NCBI GenBank assembly: GCA_012295275.1
Contig: CM022678.1
Coordinates: forward strand, 11,532,001 to 11,596,000
Reading direction: 5' to 3'
DNA length: 64,000 bases
Source: Chrysomallon squamiferum
Lineage: Eukaryota > Animalia > Mollusca
Shown: positions 33,165-48,659 of the stretch, piece after piece
Numbering within the stretch: position 1 is the first letter of the stretch
Layout: each line of letters starts with the position of its first letter
Made by a program: the position numbers and the translations under genes
The notes under the pieces: generated by a model
Told to the model about the DNA's origin: nothing
Database searches by the model: none
Seen by the model: only the letters and a program-made list of their open reading frames with translations

Positions 33165-33460
33165 ACCTAGATCCAAGAATTTCGTGGAGCACACCTAAGC
33201 ATGTCTCCGCGGTGGTTTAAAGGATTCCCTACTCGTAAACTTCCGGTTTAATCTCTCATGTTCACTGACATTAATAGTTAAAATGACCTGGATAATGTCC
33301 TTTCGTTTTTAGCTGTCAAAATGCTATTAACAAGAACTAATTATACGCCTAATAAAGCGTATTCTGAATATTTTTCTACAGCTTTAAAAAGCCTTTATGT
33401 TGGAAAATCCATTAGAGTTATCAAGTCATGCGCAGTCATTGTTTTCCGTCGTCTGCTTTA
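33165..33460 (-). promoter_or_regulatory. Putative KICS2 promoter and first non-coding exon
   Basis: CpG-retaining island in CpG-poor DNA. ETS-like CCGGAAGT near 33240 (minus strand), NRF1-like CATGCGCA near 33427, donor AG|GTAGAT near 33166. Confidence 0.5.
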
Positions 33461-36400
33461 GCTGTGAATTTGAAAGATTTCTAGTGGCTGCTAAAAAAAA
33501 AACCCAAAAAACAACAAAAAAAACACCCACTGTACAACTGCGACATTTTTTAAGAAGTAGAGGGTATTAGTCAGATTTGTTTTCGAACGTTTTAAAATCT
33601 AAAGTATTTTTGAGTATTAGTATCATTATTAGATTGATTAATAATTATAATTTAATTTCCAATAGCTTTTAATATTAAATGTCATTACACTTGATTCAAG
33701 TTACTCTAAAAAATGGATAATTTAATATTAAAATATGTTGTTTGGTGTATTCATAATTTTATTTCTTTTTTATTATTTTATTTTATTTATTTAGCATATT
33801 CATTTATTTTTATATACCAATAAAATATAAAACTATCCATTACAAAAATCCACTATCCTGATAAAAAACTCCACATTACATCATGTGACAGACTAAAAGA
33901 CATTCATGTACCAAACTGATCAGTTGAAGCTTTGACAGGAAGATTTGTTCAGCATCAGCATCCCAGTCAGTTTAGTTTATACATAAAGATGAATATATGC
34001 TTGAAAATTTTGAATTTTAATTTTAGAATAAGACAAACTTTATTTCTACTTTGTAATTAACATAACACCATATTTTTACATATTTATAAAAAATGAATGG
34101 AAAGCATTTAAAATAACCTAAAAAGGACTCAGGTATGTTATTATTCTTTTTAATTGAAACAACATTTTTGTTCCATTAATTAGTTTATTTCAGTTTACTT
34201 TTTTTAGGTTTGTTTCTTTTATCTTTATTTGAAAATATCATTCTTCAGTAGGAGATGATTGAAAGATAAAATACTATGTAATATTTGCTGGGTTATTAAA
34301 CCTGATATACCCAGTTGTCTTTTTTTCCATTCCAACCAATAGATTATAACCTTTATTTTAAAAGATAGTGTTTAATTTTTATAATTTTTATATCTTTTTT
34401 TTAATCCATACACACAACATATTAAGCTCAGTTTAATAAATAATAATAGCATTAATAACAATAATATTATTAATAGTAACATAGTAATGGTAGTTGCAGT
34501 AAGTTATAAAAATAATAATGAATGATAATGATAATAATAGTGATGATAATGAAAGTAAAGTGATAAATATTAACAAAAAAAAAACCATCTATTGAGACAA
34601 TAATTTATTCAACATCTGTGTACAGCATGTAACTGTACAAACAAACAAAACACAGGATTGGTAACAAAAAAAGAACAACAATTTTTTTTAAAAATAAACA
34701 CAAAACAATAAATGTTTTAAGATATTTTAATTGAAATTACTCCTAAGCAGTATTTTTTTTCTGTTTGTTTTAGTTAACTTTTAAGACCATATTTTTGTTC
34801 TTGTTTTAACAAGTGGTACATACATACAGAAAAACACACACACACACACACATATATTTATTTATAATCACATATACACACTATATATATATATAATCCA
34901 ACACGCAAGCCTGCACTCAGATATAAAATTTATATAACGGCCATTTTGACAAATTTCTTTTAACAAGTGAACCACTTGTACATATGCATCATAATTATAT
35001 GCAAATATATATATATACAGATAGGTATAAAATTTACTTGAGAACAATTATACAAATTATCTTTTTATTAAATATACCTCAAACACATTCAGTCACACAC
35101 ATATACACAAATGTGTATATAAAATATATACATTTATACAAAATTAACATACTAAAATTTTCAACTTTATATTTATAACATTATTCATTAGATTTTTTTA
35201 TGCATAAAATTTGGCCTGAAATAATTGTTCATATGGAAACACCAGACTATTATGGGAAAACAATTTTAACAGTGTCTATTTTCAAATTTGGATATCTTGA
35301 CAAATTCAAAAGTAAATCTAGTTTTTTGTTGTTTTTTTTTTATACTGCAAGATCAGGCTGAAAACTCATAATGTAAATATTACAGCAATCTAGTGGGATA
35401 AACGAAATGTCACTCTTACAAATTGAGAACTATGAATTCTTGACATTTTTTTTTTTGACTGATATGTTTGTTTTACCGAATCACAGATAATTTAACAGAA
35501 TCATAATTATTAAGACATTAAAAAAGATGGCTATTTTTAGTCTGGAAGCTCTCCAGATGTTTTAAAAAAGAAAAACATATTTCTTGTTCCCATGCAAAAA
35601 ATACTTGAAGTTTTAATTCAGGTGTGGAATCAAATGTGCAGGTATTTTCTTAGAAATCCATGAAATAATAACAATTCTTCAAATAACAACATACACTAAG
35701 AAAATATTTTTGGGGAAATTTCTGGTTTGTGATTTTCTGTGGTAAATTCATATCTGTATGTTTCTGTGTATTTATGTACAAAAAACAAATCAATGGGTAT
35801 ACAGACACTGACATTCTCTCTTTCACGAAATACAGAAACTTTATAAAATAAAATAGAAGTTCAGTCTTGGAAATGACGTCTCAATTAAATTGTCAGTAAA
35901 ACTGAAGTGCCCATACTCTGTTAAGAATTTTGTATTTATTGTCAAAATCTTATTTTTGAAATAAACACAGTCTAATTTGGTCATTTGTTATTTACACTTT
36001 ATTCAACTTTCACAATAAGCATGTGCTGATCTGGCAAGCTTTAAGAGAAAAAATATATATTTACTTGTGTCAAACTTATTAGAGGTGATTTTCTGTTATC
36101 TAGTATCAGCATAGTCGCAGTGATACATCATTACTACTTAATCTGTATCTCTTGTGAATGTGAGAAAATTAACATACAAATAAGCAACAATTAATAAAAA
36201 TCCAAGCTGTGTTTTTCTGTATGTAAACGTGGGGGGGGGTGCAAGATAAAAGATTGAAGCAGGAACATTTTCTAAAATGTTCTAAAATAAATAACAGCCT
36301 GACATTTCCATGTGTTTTTTTTTTTTTTACTGATTTTTATTTTTTTTTAATCAACAAAGTTGTAACAATACTAAAATTCTGCCCTGTAAAATAACATTAA

Positions 36401-36714
36401 GAGATCATTTATTTGCACTATGTAAAAGGTGAAATTTTCTCACTTGCGCATTAAATAATTTATTTCTAAATGTCATATTTCCTTTTAAAAAATCAAACAG
36501 ACTCAAGCACAGTTAAAACAAAAATATACGTGCATCTGCTTGCATGAATGTAAAAAGTAACTGTGGTAACTATTACAATGTCTACATTAAAATGTCATTA
36601 TTCAGTGGTCATTCTTATACTCCACATTATTTATGGTATAAAAATTTACTACTATCTGAAAGACTGAAAATACAAAAAACCATTTTGTTAATGGATTTCT
36701 GCGTCTGTCTCACT

Positions 36715-39480
36715 TTAACAACTGTCAGTTCTGGTGGAAAGCAGATCAGTGTCTGAATGTACTGAACTGGAACTCTCCGACACCCGCGAATCTGATGTTC
36801 CCAGCTCAGGACATGACTTTGACAACAAGGGTGAAGGTTGTTCAGCAGACTCGGGAAGGCTTGTCAGCAGAAAGGGTGATGGTGACAAACCCTTCCCGTA
36901 CATTTCACTCTGTGAGAACAGTCTGGTGTGGTGCAGTGAAGGCATGGGTGACGGCTGATTCAGATTTCTTGAAGCACCAGATGAAGACGATGTCGGCTGT
37001 ATTGACGATGCTTCTGTTATTGTACTCATCACTTCGAAGCTGTCTTGTTGGAACAAGGCTAGAAGGGCGTTGACGTCGTTGATGTCAACGTCCCACGACA
37101 TAATGCCCTCACGCTGAAATTCAGTTTCGGGTGGTGAATCGGCTGCTTCCAGTTTCTTCTGCAGAATGGAGCGTTCCTTCTTGAGTGGTTTTGGCGTCGT
37201 GTCTCCTTTGCCTGATGCTGAGGCTTTTGTCACTTCTTCTGCCACTGTGGATACATCCACCTGCACCTCAAGTCTGAAAATTAATAAATTACATTACATC
37301 TTACTGTGCACAAATCAATCATGTCTGATTCCACTAAACGTTAAACACACACAGACACACACACAGAAACAGACACACAGACACACACACAGAAACACAG
37401 ACAGACACACAGAAACAGACAGACACACACACAGAAACACAGACAGACACACGCACACAGAAACATCCACACACAGAGACATACTGAGTGTTACTCCTGG
37501 TGTTTAAGATGGTTTATAGAAGAATTCACATCACCAGTTAACTTAGAATAGTTGTGATCTTGGTTTCAAATGCTATTTGGCTTAATCACTGAACTGAGGC
37601 CAGCTAGGTATGTGATTTTAAATATATTAAAATATGTTTGTTTATTTGTATGTGTTAATGTGTACATTATATATTAAGCATACCCTTATATAAAGAAAAC
37701 AAACATCAGTTTAAGGCAAACAAAAACAATTTTTTTCAGATATTTCAAAAATAACAGTAATTGCTAAATATTTACACTTTAAATTTTTGTTTTAAGAAAG
37801 ACATGATTTTAATTATTATCACCAATACCCTATTTAACAACTTAGATCTTTTAAAGATTTTTTCTGTTTTTATCAGACACTTACTTGTTTTGGTATCCTG
37901 CAGTTGCATACACACTTCCGCACAGGCTGCCGTTGAGACTTGAACCTGCGATGGCGCGGTTGCTGGCGGAGTCGCGGTCACTCTCGTCCCTCAGCACGCC
38001 CACTCTGTCAAGATGGCTGCCACTTGCACTGAGGCTATTGGTCATGCCAAGAGAAGCGTCGCCGATGCTTGGTGCGATGCTGGGGTTAGCAACGTTGTGC
38101 GTGGTGTCCACACTCTGACTGTCTGCAGCTGAGTTAGGAAGAACAGAAAACATCAGGTTGATGTAAAAACAGACGTGATTACAGATTTATCAGTGGATGG
38201 TTCTCACTCACACCTTCAGTAGGTTTGAATAATATAATAATATTTTTCTGTTTTTAATCATTTTTCTGTTGTTGTTTTTTGAAGAAATATGGTAAAAATA
38301 TCTATGCTGTTTTGCCTGGGTTAATTTTACTCATTCCATTAAGTTTTGTTTTATTTTTTTTAAGATCTATATTCTGATTTTTGCATAATTTAGAACTGTC
38401 TAGATAAAACTGATTACAAATAAATGCAAACAGAATAACATTTACCTCTGAACTGGAATTTACCAGTTGGATTGCCTTCATCAAACTCGAACCTAACTCC
38501 ACCTGTGTTTGTAGTAACTCCACAACCACCACTACGACATAGTGACACAGGTACAACACCATAAACATACGCAAGAAGAATTGGAACTCCAATACCTGTG
38601 AGAAAAGTGTAGAAACTATTTATTAAAGACCAGTCTTTAATAAGCTGCAGTTAGATCAACAAACGCCAGTTTCAATAGTTATCATGGGAAGTAAGAAAAT
38701 AACAATATTTTAATAGTTAATATAGAAATAAGAAACAAAGGTAATAATTCTAAAGATTTAAACATATGGTTGACTTTTTCAGGATGGTAAATGGTACAAG
38801 GAGTCAGACTAGATATATGCTGTAGGTGTATGTGGGTGTGTGGGTGTATGTGTGTGTGTGTCTGTGTGTCTGATAAGTGTAATTATGTACATTTCTAATT
38901 AACTGGTTTAGATTTCTTGTTAAATTTAATCTGCAGTTGTACAAACAGATAAAAAACGATTTGCATATTTCAAATTAACAAATACTCCAGAAATGTATTT
39001 AACTTTGTCACAGTAGATTTACTTTTGATATAAAATATATTTATGTATCTGAAATAATATAATATATTATAAATAGTAGAAGATCATTTATTTACGTAAG
39101 TAGAATACATACAGACAGACAATGATAAAAGTAAACTTACCAACTGCTAAGCCAGCTATGATGGGAGAGAGAAACACAGAAGCTAAAACTCCACCTGCTA
39201 TTACCAGATTACGTTTGTGTTTCGACATTCTTCCATTGTACTTGGAATGAAGCTGTAACAAAAAAAGAAGTCATCTTTTTTTTAAACAGAATATCAATAC
39301 TTTCATATCATTCAAAACAAAAAAAAAATAATAATAATCTTTACAAAATTTCTAACAATTTCAGTGTCATTGTATCTTTTCAAAAAAAACAGTAATTTTT
39401 TAAAATTTGTGGCAGAATTATTTTTTAAATTGGTTAGAATTTTGTTATAAACAGTAAATTATTCTAAATACCAATACTAT

Positions 39481-39578
<98 letters not shown>

Positions 39579-39721
39579 TTAATATAGAATGCACATACAC
39601 TTTCATTTTCTCTTTAACTGTTTTCCTTTAATATAAAGTTTTATCTATAATAAGCATACTGACCATAATAAATTAATAATAATAATAGTAATAGTAATAG
39701 TAATAGTAATAGTAATAGTAA

Positions 39722-39765
<44 letters not shown>

Positions 39766-41096
39766 GAAAACAACAAAGAGAATTCTGCTCCACCTACCTT
39801 TCTGCCCACCCAGACAGGAATGCCTATGACCATGGCTGGCACTGCTATACTGGCTACGAGAGAAATGCCTAGAGGAGCTCCTATCAGTGTTCCTAGTTGC
39901 CACATGATCTTCTTCTTCCGACTCCACGGCTTCTTGCCCCAGAATGTGCACCCAGAAGGGCTGTAGGACAATGAAGAAGAAAAGACAAGTCAATTAAAAA
40001 CACTAAAGTCAAAAGTTTTATTTAATAAGACTGCAGTGAAAAACTGTATTTAACAATACAGAAATAAAAAGTTGGATGACACTAAAAAAAATTCATTTGA
40101 CATATTGAAAAATTTAACAATGATAAAATTCAGAACAATAATAAAATGAAAAACAAAAATGAAAATGAGGACACTAAAAAAAACATTCTGATGATAATAT
40201 AAAAACATTCAGATGACTGGAACAGTAAAATGCAAAAAATAATTTTGATATAATGACAATCAGAAACATTTCAATTTGAAATTTTTATATTTTAAAAGAA
40301 TTATAAAAATAATTACATATTAGATATTTTTGCTTTTTCATACAAATAGATATGATTCTGTGTCTGACACCAAACAGCAGTCTGTTTTTGTGCTGGGTGT
40401 TGTTGAAACATTCATTCATTAATGTTTTGGCTGTGAATCTTTTTTCAAACATTTATCTTAATTAACCCTTATCCCAAATTGTTTCAATTCAAGTAAAATC
40501 GATTTCTAGGACTTAGATTACTTTTCTATTACATCATCTCCTGAATAAAAATATAAAACAAGTTAATTAATAAATAAATTAATTAATTAATTAATCTAAC
40601 AATATCAGAAATTAAATTAACTTCATTAAAAATATTCAGATGACATCAGAAACTTTCTGCACTCATTTTAGTGTATCAGATATTTCTTTCCAGCAGAACT
40701 CAGCCACACATACAATTTTCATCCGTCATTTATCTTAATAAGCAAAAGCCTTACATCTAGGACACGGTTTTACAAATTATATGTTCATTAATATTCATTT
40801 ATGTACTATTTAATATTCATTTTATCATATATATATATATATATGTATCTTCATAACTCATTTGCATATTATAATCATTAAATTTACTTCTGTCATAATG
40901 GTTTTAATCAAGAACAGGTTTTATATTTTGTCCATTTCAAATTATACATAACTAATTAAATGTTCATTAATGTTCATAAAATAATAATCATATCCAATTA
41001 ATGGTCAAATAATTTTAGGTTGTGGACAAGATTTATATTTACAGAATATGTTTATAATTATTAATATTCATAATACTTTATATAGTGATAAATAAT

Positions 41097-41135
<39 letters not shown>

Positions 41136-41234
41136 TTTAATGATAAAGTGATGAGCAATGATAATGGAAGTTAATAATAATAATGATAATAGTAGTAGTA
41201 ATAATAATACTAATGATGATAATGATAATGGTAG

Positions 41235-41279
<45 letters not shown>

Positions 41280-42394
41280 TAATGGTAGTAATAATAATAA
41301 TAATAATGATGATGATGATGATAGTGATAATAATAATAATAATGATAATGATAATGGTAATAATAATAATAATGATGATAATAATAATAGTGATAATAAT
41401 AATGATGATGATGGTAGTGATGATGGTAGTAATATCAAAGACAACTGACTCTGAGAAGCTGTCTCGTTGCTGTAACTGAGGGATGGAGAGCGGATTTCCG
41501 GGTACCTCTCTGCTCTTGCAGCGTCACACGTCTGGTTTGGGTGCCACTCCAGTTTACAGTGGTAGCAGAAATACGTGTCACAGCCTGGCACCTCACACTT
41601 CAGCTTGGGACACCCCGCACACCCTGCAGCTATCACAACATACCTGGCAACAAAAATAAACATTATTATAGTAGTAGTAGTAGTTAGTAGTAGTTAGTAG
41701 TAGTTAGTAGCAATAGCAGTAGAAGTAGTAGTGGTAGCAATAGCAGTAGAAGTAGTAGTAGTAGTGTAGCAGCAGTAAAAGTAATATTAGTAGCTGTAGT
41801 AGCTGTAGTAATTGCAGCAGCAATAGTAGTAGTAGTAAGCTGTAGTAGCAGTAGTAGTATAATTAATTATAGTCATTATTATTATTATTATTATTAATAC
41901 ATTTAAAAAAAAAAAGAGTTTGCAATATCAACTGATTATAAATATAAATAAATTAATGTGTATCATTGTTTCAGATTTTTTGACATCTCAAGATCCCATT
42001 TATTCATTTTTATTTTGTAATTATTTCAAGGTAGACAGTTAAGGAAGAAATAATGCAGAAAAATCATAATTAAACTAATTATATTATTTTTATGAAACAA
42101 TTAACTAATAGAATAAAAACAACTAAAGAAACTCTTAAATAAATAAATTAGTACACAAACAAATAAATAAGTAAGCATATAAGTAAGTAAGTAAGTAAAT
42201 AAATATATAAATAAATAAATAAGTAAATAAATAAATAAATAAATAAGTAAATAAATAAGTAAATAAGTAAATAAATAAATAAATAAGTAAACAACAAATA
42301 AATAAATAAATAAATAATTAAATAAATAAATAAATAAGTAAATAAATAAATAAATAAATAAATAAACAAATAAATAAATAAACAAATAAATAAG

Positions 42395-42433
<39 letters not shown>

Positions 42434-43125
42434 ACAAATAAATAAATAAATAAACAAACAAATAAATAAATAAATAAGTAAACAAACACTGGAGATATAA
42501 AATGTACTCACCCACAGTCTGGTGCGGGACACCACCTTGCGTCAGGATCGTTGGCGAGGACGCGACGCAGCATGAACTCTTCGTACTTCGCCATCATCGC
42601 GTCGTCCTGCAGGATCATGTGAATGTCCTTCGGGTGGAACTTCTCTGTGCACTCAGGACACGAAATAGCAACCCGACTCTCAGAGATTTCAATTCGTAAA
42701 TAGCGTCTGAGACATTCGTAACAAGTCCGATGGTGGCACGTCATTATTTCCGGGAACTGATCGGCCTCCTGCTCAATCAAACACACGGGACACTCCCGCA
42801 GACTTCCACTCCCGTCCTCTCTCCTTCTCAGCTCCTTCGGAAGGTTCTGGAACACAGGCACTTGTAAATTCGAGTTCGGCAGCATGGCTATGCCTGTCGC
42901 GTTTGCATTGGTGATGTTGAAACTGACCTCCGAGCGAGCCGAGTCGGAATCGAGGCTGGAGCGAGACTTTGAGCGATTGCGGTTACGTCTGCGATGAAAG
43001 AATCGTCGTAGATTGAATGAGGAGCCTTTGTGATAGTCAGAGCCTTTAGAGTTTCCAGACGAAGTGGAGATAACCTCACTGTCCCTCGACTTCATCTGTA
43101 GAGTCTTCTGAGCACAGCTTGTCAT
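36715..43125 (-). CDS. RNF19A: E3 ubiquitin ligase RNF19 (Dorfin/RNF19A/B family, RING1-IBR-RING2 plus two TM segments); RING2 exon disrupted as assembled
   Basis: Minus-strand exons: 43125-42512 (RING1 CPVC...CHHRTCYEC...CPEC...RWCPAPDCG), 41643-41450 (IBR ...[19 protein letters not shown]), garbled ~40775-40663 (KPCPRC...EFCW..KEISD), 39960-39798 ([29 protein letters not shown]...), 39252-39141 (...[13 protein letters not shown]...), 38595-38446 or 38464 ([27 protein letters not shown]), 38128-37885 (...[11 protein letters not shown]...), 37273-36715 (LEVQVD...stop). Probable 5'UTR donors near 47350 and 48790. A versus B orthology cannot be resolved. Confidence 0.93.
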
Positions 43126-45914
43126 TGTGATAGAATAAATCTGAAAAAATAAATAAATAAATAAAATTAAAATAATAATAATAATTTCCATGTCTGATGA
43201 AGAAGTCAATTTTAATTTATTTTATTTTATTTATTTTGTTTTATAAAGTATTATAATTTTTAATTTAAAAAGAAAAAAACAAACAATTTTTTTTTTTTCC
43301 CCAATTCTTCATAAAGTTGACTTTAATAAATCCTTCCTGCATGGATTAAATAGATCATCTTATAATTGAAAAAATAAAAAAAAAAAAAAAAATAAAAAAA
43401 ATAATAACATGATAAGAACTTTTTTCCTTTTTATTTATTTTGTTATTATCCTTATTATTTGTTTTGTTTTAATTTTTATCTAAGAAATTCATCAATTATA
43501 AAAAGCAGTCTAACAAATGGTTGCTATATACAGGTGTTCTGAATTATAAATCTGACTGGATGTGTGTGTGGTGTCTTGGTCCACACTGCAATGTCATTTC
43601 AGCTTACAACAGCCAAGAAAAATGTCTCCCTGCATTTCAGATTAGAATTGCCATTCAAATTATTTGTAATTAGTCTAAAGGCCATAATATTTAAAATCTG
43701 CACATAATTAATATAATAACAAGCCCTTCACTTTATGTCTCACACTATCAGTTACTAACATCCAGTGCACATTTATGTAATTTCTGAAAACATTTCTGTA
43801 AATTAAGATAACAAGATCATTTGCACGCACTGAAGCCAACATTTTAATGTCTTGTTATTATTTCATTTCCCATGCAGAAATGAAAAAGAAATTCAAACAA
43901 ATCCTGATAATATGCAAGTCTGCTCAAGTTTACTCAAGTTTACTCAAGTTTACTCATTCCATCAAGCAACCTGTGTTTTTTTGTTAAAAAAATATTGCAA
44001 ATTATTCAAGCATGGTCACAGATACATTTAATTTAAAATTAAGAATATTCTTAACATCATAAAGATTTTATTTTTTACAATGCTACATTCAGTCTATTTT
44101 CTGTTAAAATGTTTGATTTTATTATTTGTTTCAAACTGAAGGCATCTAATTTACTTTACTAAAATATTTATAAAAATGGCCACATTCAATTTCATATTTT
44201 TATTTTTATTAAAGTTTTTAAGACAAAGTTGTATTTTTATTTTCAGTTTACATATATGTATCTTTTCTTAGTTGTACATATATAATTCAATTTTAAAATA
44301 ATTAATTTACTCATATTATGAACTATTAATAATAATAGTAATAATAATAATAATAATGATGATGATAATGATGAAGATGATCATAATCATGATGATGATA
44401 TGTTAGTTATTTAATGAAAAAAAAAAGTTTAAGTTCCATTCAAGTTAGAACACAAATACTGTTTTGATTTCAAACAAAAATATTTTTAAAAGTTAAACTT
44501 TACATAAATGCATGCACACACACACACACACACAAATTAAATCTTATAATTAATCATTTTTGCTATTTAATTTGTTAAAAGATGCTAACAGTTACTTACA
44601 CTGAAATATATAAATTACAAAAATGCAGTCACTTTTGTTTTCCCCTGTTCTACCTGTTCTGTATGACCTTCATTTTAACCATAAACATTGTTTACTCATT
44701 GTTACCTGCAGTTATCACCTGCCTGTAACAAATTACATATTTTTACTTATCACAGCAAGCCTACAGAGGATGACAGAAACAACACAAGCTGGTAAAACTT
44801 GTAAATGTTGATATGATCACAGAGTTTCCTCGTTAAACTTTGTTAATCACAGTAGTTGTTTTTACACAAAATGTCAACATCAATCACAAATGCAGTAAAT
44901 GTACAGTAATTAAAATTATTAATTGAAACTGTCAAAGCTTTATTAGTTTTCAAAACTTTATGTATGATGATTTATGTTTATTATTGGTTTTATGCTGTTT
45001 TTAGTAATAAAAATAAAATAATATAAATTTTATTAAATTAAATATAGTATAATGATGTTGTTGTTTTTCTGGCTCACTAAATAAATAAGATAATTAAAAT
45101 TTCCTGTTTACTGCTATAATTGACATAGCTTTTCAAATGTTAAACTACATTTTCAACAATTTTAAAAATAAATGTTATATGGGCTAAACAAATACACTGA
45201 AACTAAAAACATTACATAAACAATAGAATTTTACAAATATTTTCAGTATTATTTCTGTTTTTAAAAATAAACCATATAATTTGGCTGTTTATTAAGTTCT
45301 TGTAAAGCTTTCCTGTCACACACACACACACACAAACGCATAAACCCAAACACAGAAAAATAAACACAATATATATATTCTAACTGAAATACATTGAAGC
45401 ATCACACACAAACACACAAACATACACACATAATCATTGTAACAAAAACAGAAAATAACATCACTGATACAAATATGACAAATCAGTCAAACTCAAGGAT
45501 TTGATGTCCGACAATTTTGCCAAACAGTATTCAAAAATGTATCACTGTACAGTAAACACTGCTGCTATACAGTGTGATTTATGTGGGTTTTAACAGTTAA
45601 ATATAGTACCATACATAGAATAAAATTACATCATTTTTATGTAAATGTCCTAAACACGTTCATGTTTTCCATGTCCTGGAAGCAGATAAATGTAAATTTA
45701 TTAATCTACTTTCTACCCACACAACCACACGTGTTAACATCAAGAGAAGATAACATCACACACAACACATTTTCTCAGTGTAAATGAACTAACAGAGAAT
45801 ATGGCAGATGTCTGATGTTGTCTCTCAAAATGTAATCATCACTGGCCTCAATGTAACAGGATGAACTAGCAAAGCTTATGAATTATGCATAAACTATATA
45901 TAGTCATATGCTCA

Positions 45915-45953
<39 letters not shown>

Positions 45954-46393
45954 GAGTGTGTGTGGTGTGTGTGAGCATAAAACCCATTATGAAACTGCAG
46001 TACAAATTTATCTATCTATCTATATTTATATAAAACTGGCTTTAAGTTTAAATAGTAAAAACCAATAATATATATAGTAACACTTTAAAAACAACAAAAA
46101 AAAACCTATATACATACCTATAAACAAAAAAAAACTAAAAATCTGTTTCTGGTATAAAAAAATGTCTTTCACGTAAACAACCAATCTTCTTCATAAACAG
46201 AGAAGAAACTCGGTGATATCTGAAACATCCAGAAGTAAATGAATGAACATACATAAACCAGTAAGAAAAAACACAAACACAAAATGCTAGTAAAATGTTT
46301 TCACCTTTTGACAGATGTAGAATTTAAAAAAAAAAAATAGAATATATAAAAATCATAATGTGAATATTCAGCTTCAACATTATTCTTTCTCTT

Positions 46394-46437
<44 letters not shown>

Positions 46438-48659
46438 AATTGGATTCAGTTACCAGACCATTTATCCAGCTTCTAATAAATCTGAGAAAACGGAATTTAC
46501 AAGTTTATTAATTTATTTATGTTAAATGCAGTTTCAGTCATTATGTTATAATTTATGAATATATCAAACTTTAGTCATGAAACATAGAAGATGAAGAAAT
46601 CCAGATCATCTCCAGTCTAAAACTTGCTGAATAAATCATCACTGGTACCGCTATCTAACAATTATTTCTCTCTTTCTTTTTTTTTTTTCTTTAATTTTCA
46701 GAAAGAAAAAGAAAAGAAAAGCAAAGGAAACAAAAGGTCCTATATTTCATCAAAATGAAATCATAACCTAATTTTCCAACTTCAGTTGTAATCTTTATAT
46801 ATGGATCATATTCAACAAAATATTATTTCTGTTAATGTTAAGTTAATAAAATGAAAGAAAAAACAAAACTATACATAATAATTAAACAAAAGAAACTAGT
46901 AACATATAAGGTTGAAAAGCTAAAAATATATGAGTGAAAAACTAGTTATGTATGAGACTGTGAAGATGTAATATAAATCATTGAAAAACTACTAATATAA
47001 GATTGAAAAGATGTAACATACAACATTGAAACAGTACTAATATAAGATTGAAAAGATGTAATATACAACATTGAAACACTATTAATGTAAGATTGAAAAG
47101 ATGTAATATATGAAACTGACCAGCTACTAATACACAAGATTAAAAAGTTAATATACAAAACTGAAAGGATGTAGTATGTGAGTCTGACAAGCTAGTACAT
47201 AACACTGAAAAGCTAGTGAATATAACACTGAAAAGCTAGTGAATATAAGACTAAATTTCAGCGATATTCATTCTGTTAAAATAAACTGACTGATACATGA
47301 TAATAACAATTTTAAATTAAATAAAACAATAAGAAACGCGATTCACCTACCTTCAAACAAGAAAAACTAATCAGCTGGTTCCAAGTTGAACAGTATTCTT
47401 TCTCCTACACAAACAATTTTTGTGTGAACAGAAAAACGTCACACACACAAAAATCCACAACTGGAAAGTTTTAATCTTTAAAAAAAAATCAGCTTCTTTA
47501 CTGAAAGAAATAAAATTTAAACTGTTTACGCCACACAGACAGCAACAACAAATACTTTTAATCTAAGAAATATATTTGATCAACCAAGCTAAGTATAAAA
47601 AAAGACAATCAATGTTTTGACAACTGGAACACAACAGCTGGCTGGAGTTAAATGGCACCAGCTTATCTGATGATTATTAACTACTAGGTGTGTCACTTAG
47701 GTTAATTAGTGATCTAGGGTCAAGCTAAACTGATTCTGATTTCAGAATACTTTAATTATTTTGTCATATAGTTTTCACTCAATCACAGTCACTCTCAAGA
47801 TGAACTTTAATTGTAAAGTTTGAAGATTTTATAACTTTTTAAATTTATTATAATGAGCACTAATTCAGTTTTAAAATTGTCTTTGCTGTAATGAATATTA
47901 TATGAATTAGTTTTGCCATACTCTTATTAATTTTCTTATTTGCTTCTTTATTTCTTTATTTATTTATTTATATTTCTGACAAAGTGATAGGATATTTACT
48001 GAAAAATTATATAAACTTGTGAGCAATACATAAACAGCTTGTGTAACTTTTTGCTGACATATCCCAATGTGACTTAAAAAGGAAATGTCTTTAAGTTATT
48101 CTCTCTCTCTCACTCTCTCCCATTTGACTTCACATAAAGTTATTTTTTTTTGTTTGGAAATAGAACTAATTTAAAATGTTTTGTAAAATGTAAGATCAGG
48201 CCTTAATGTAAAATATACTGATCTTAAGATAGTAATTAGTGTTTTTTAAGTTTAATTGTTTAAAGTTAAAACTTAAACAATGAGATTTTAAATCGTAAAT
48301 ACAGCTTTATATTTTTTGAAGGAAGAAAGTTTATAATTTTAAGTGTAAAAACAAAGTTAATTCACCTTTTAACAAGTTAGTGGTAATTTAGATAAGTAAA
48401 AAGTGAAGTATATTTATAAATTAGTATCGAGCATTGTTTAATTTAACATTACGAAAATGGTTTCAATGTGTTTCAGTTTCGTTATATATTACTTTGATGC
48501 TATCTATCGTTATGAGTTATCATGTTATGGGTTGGGCCTGAACAATAAAACTTGTTAACGATATATTAATAGTGATTAATCATTTATATATTCAAACATT
48601 CTTCATTACTAACATACCACCAAAAAGAAAACTGAAGTTTTTATTATAATTGATTTTGT

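Noticed and set aside
41158-41448. Asn/Asp-rich ORF
   Set aside because: (AAT/GAT)n intronic microsatellite immediately after the RNF19 IBR exon donor.
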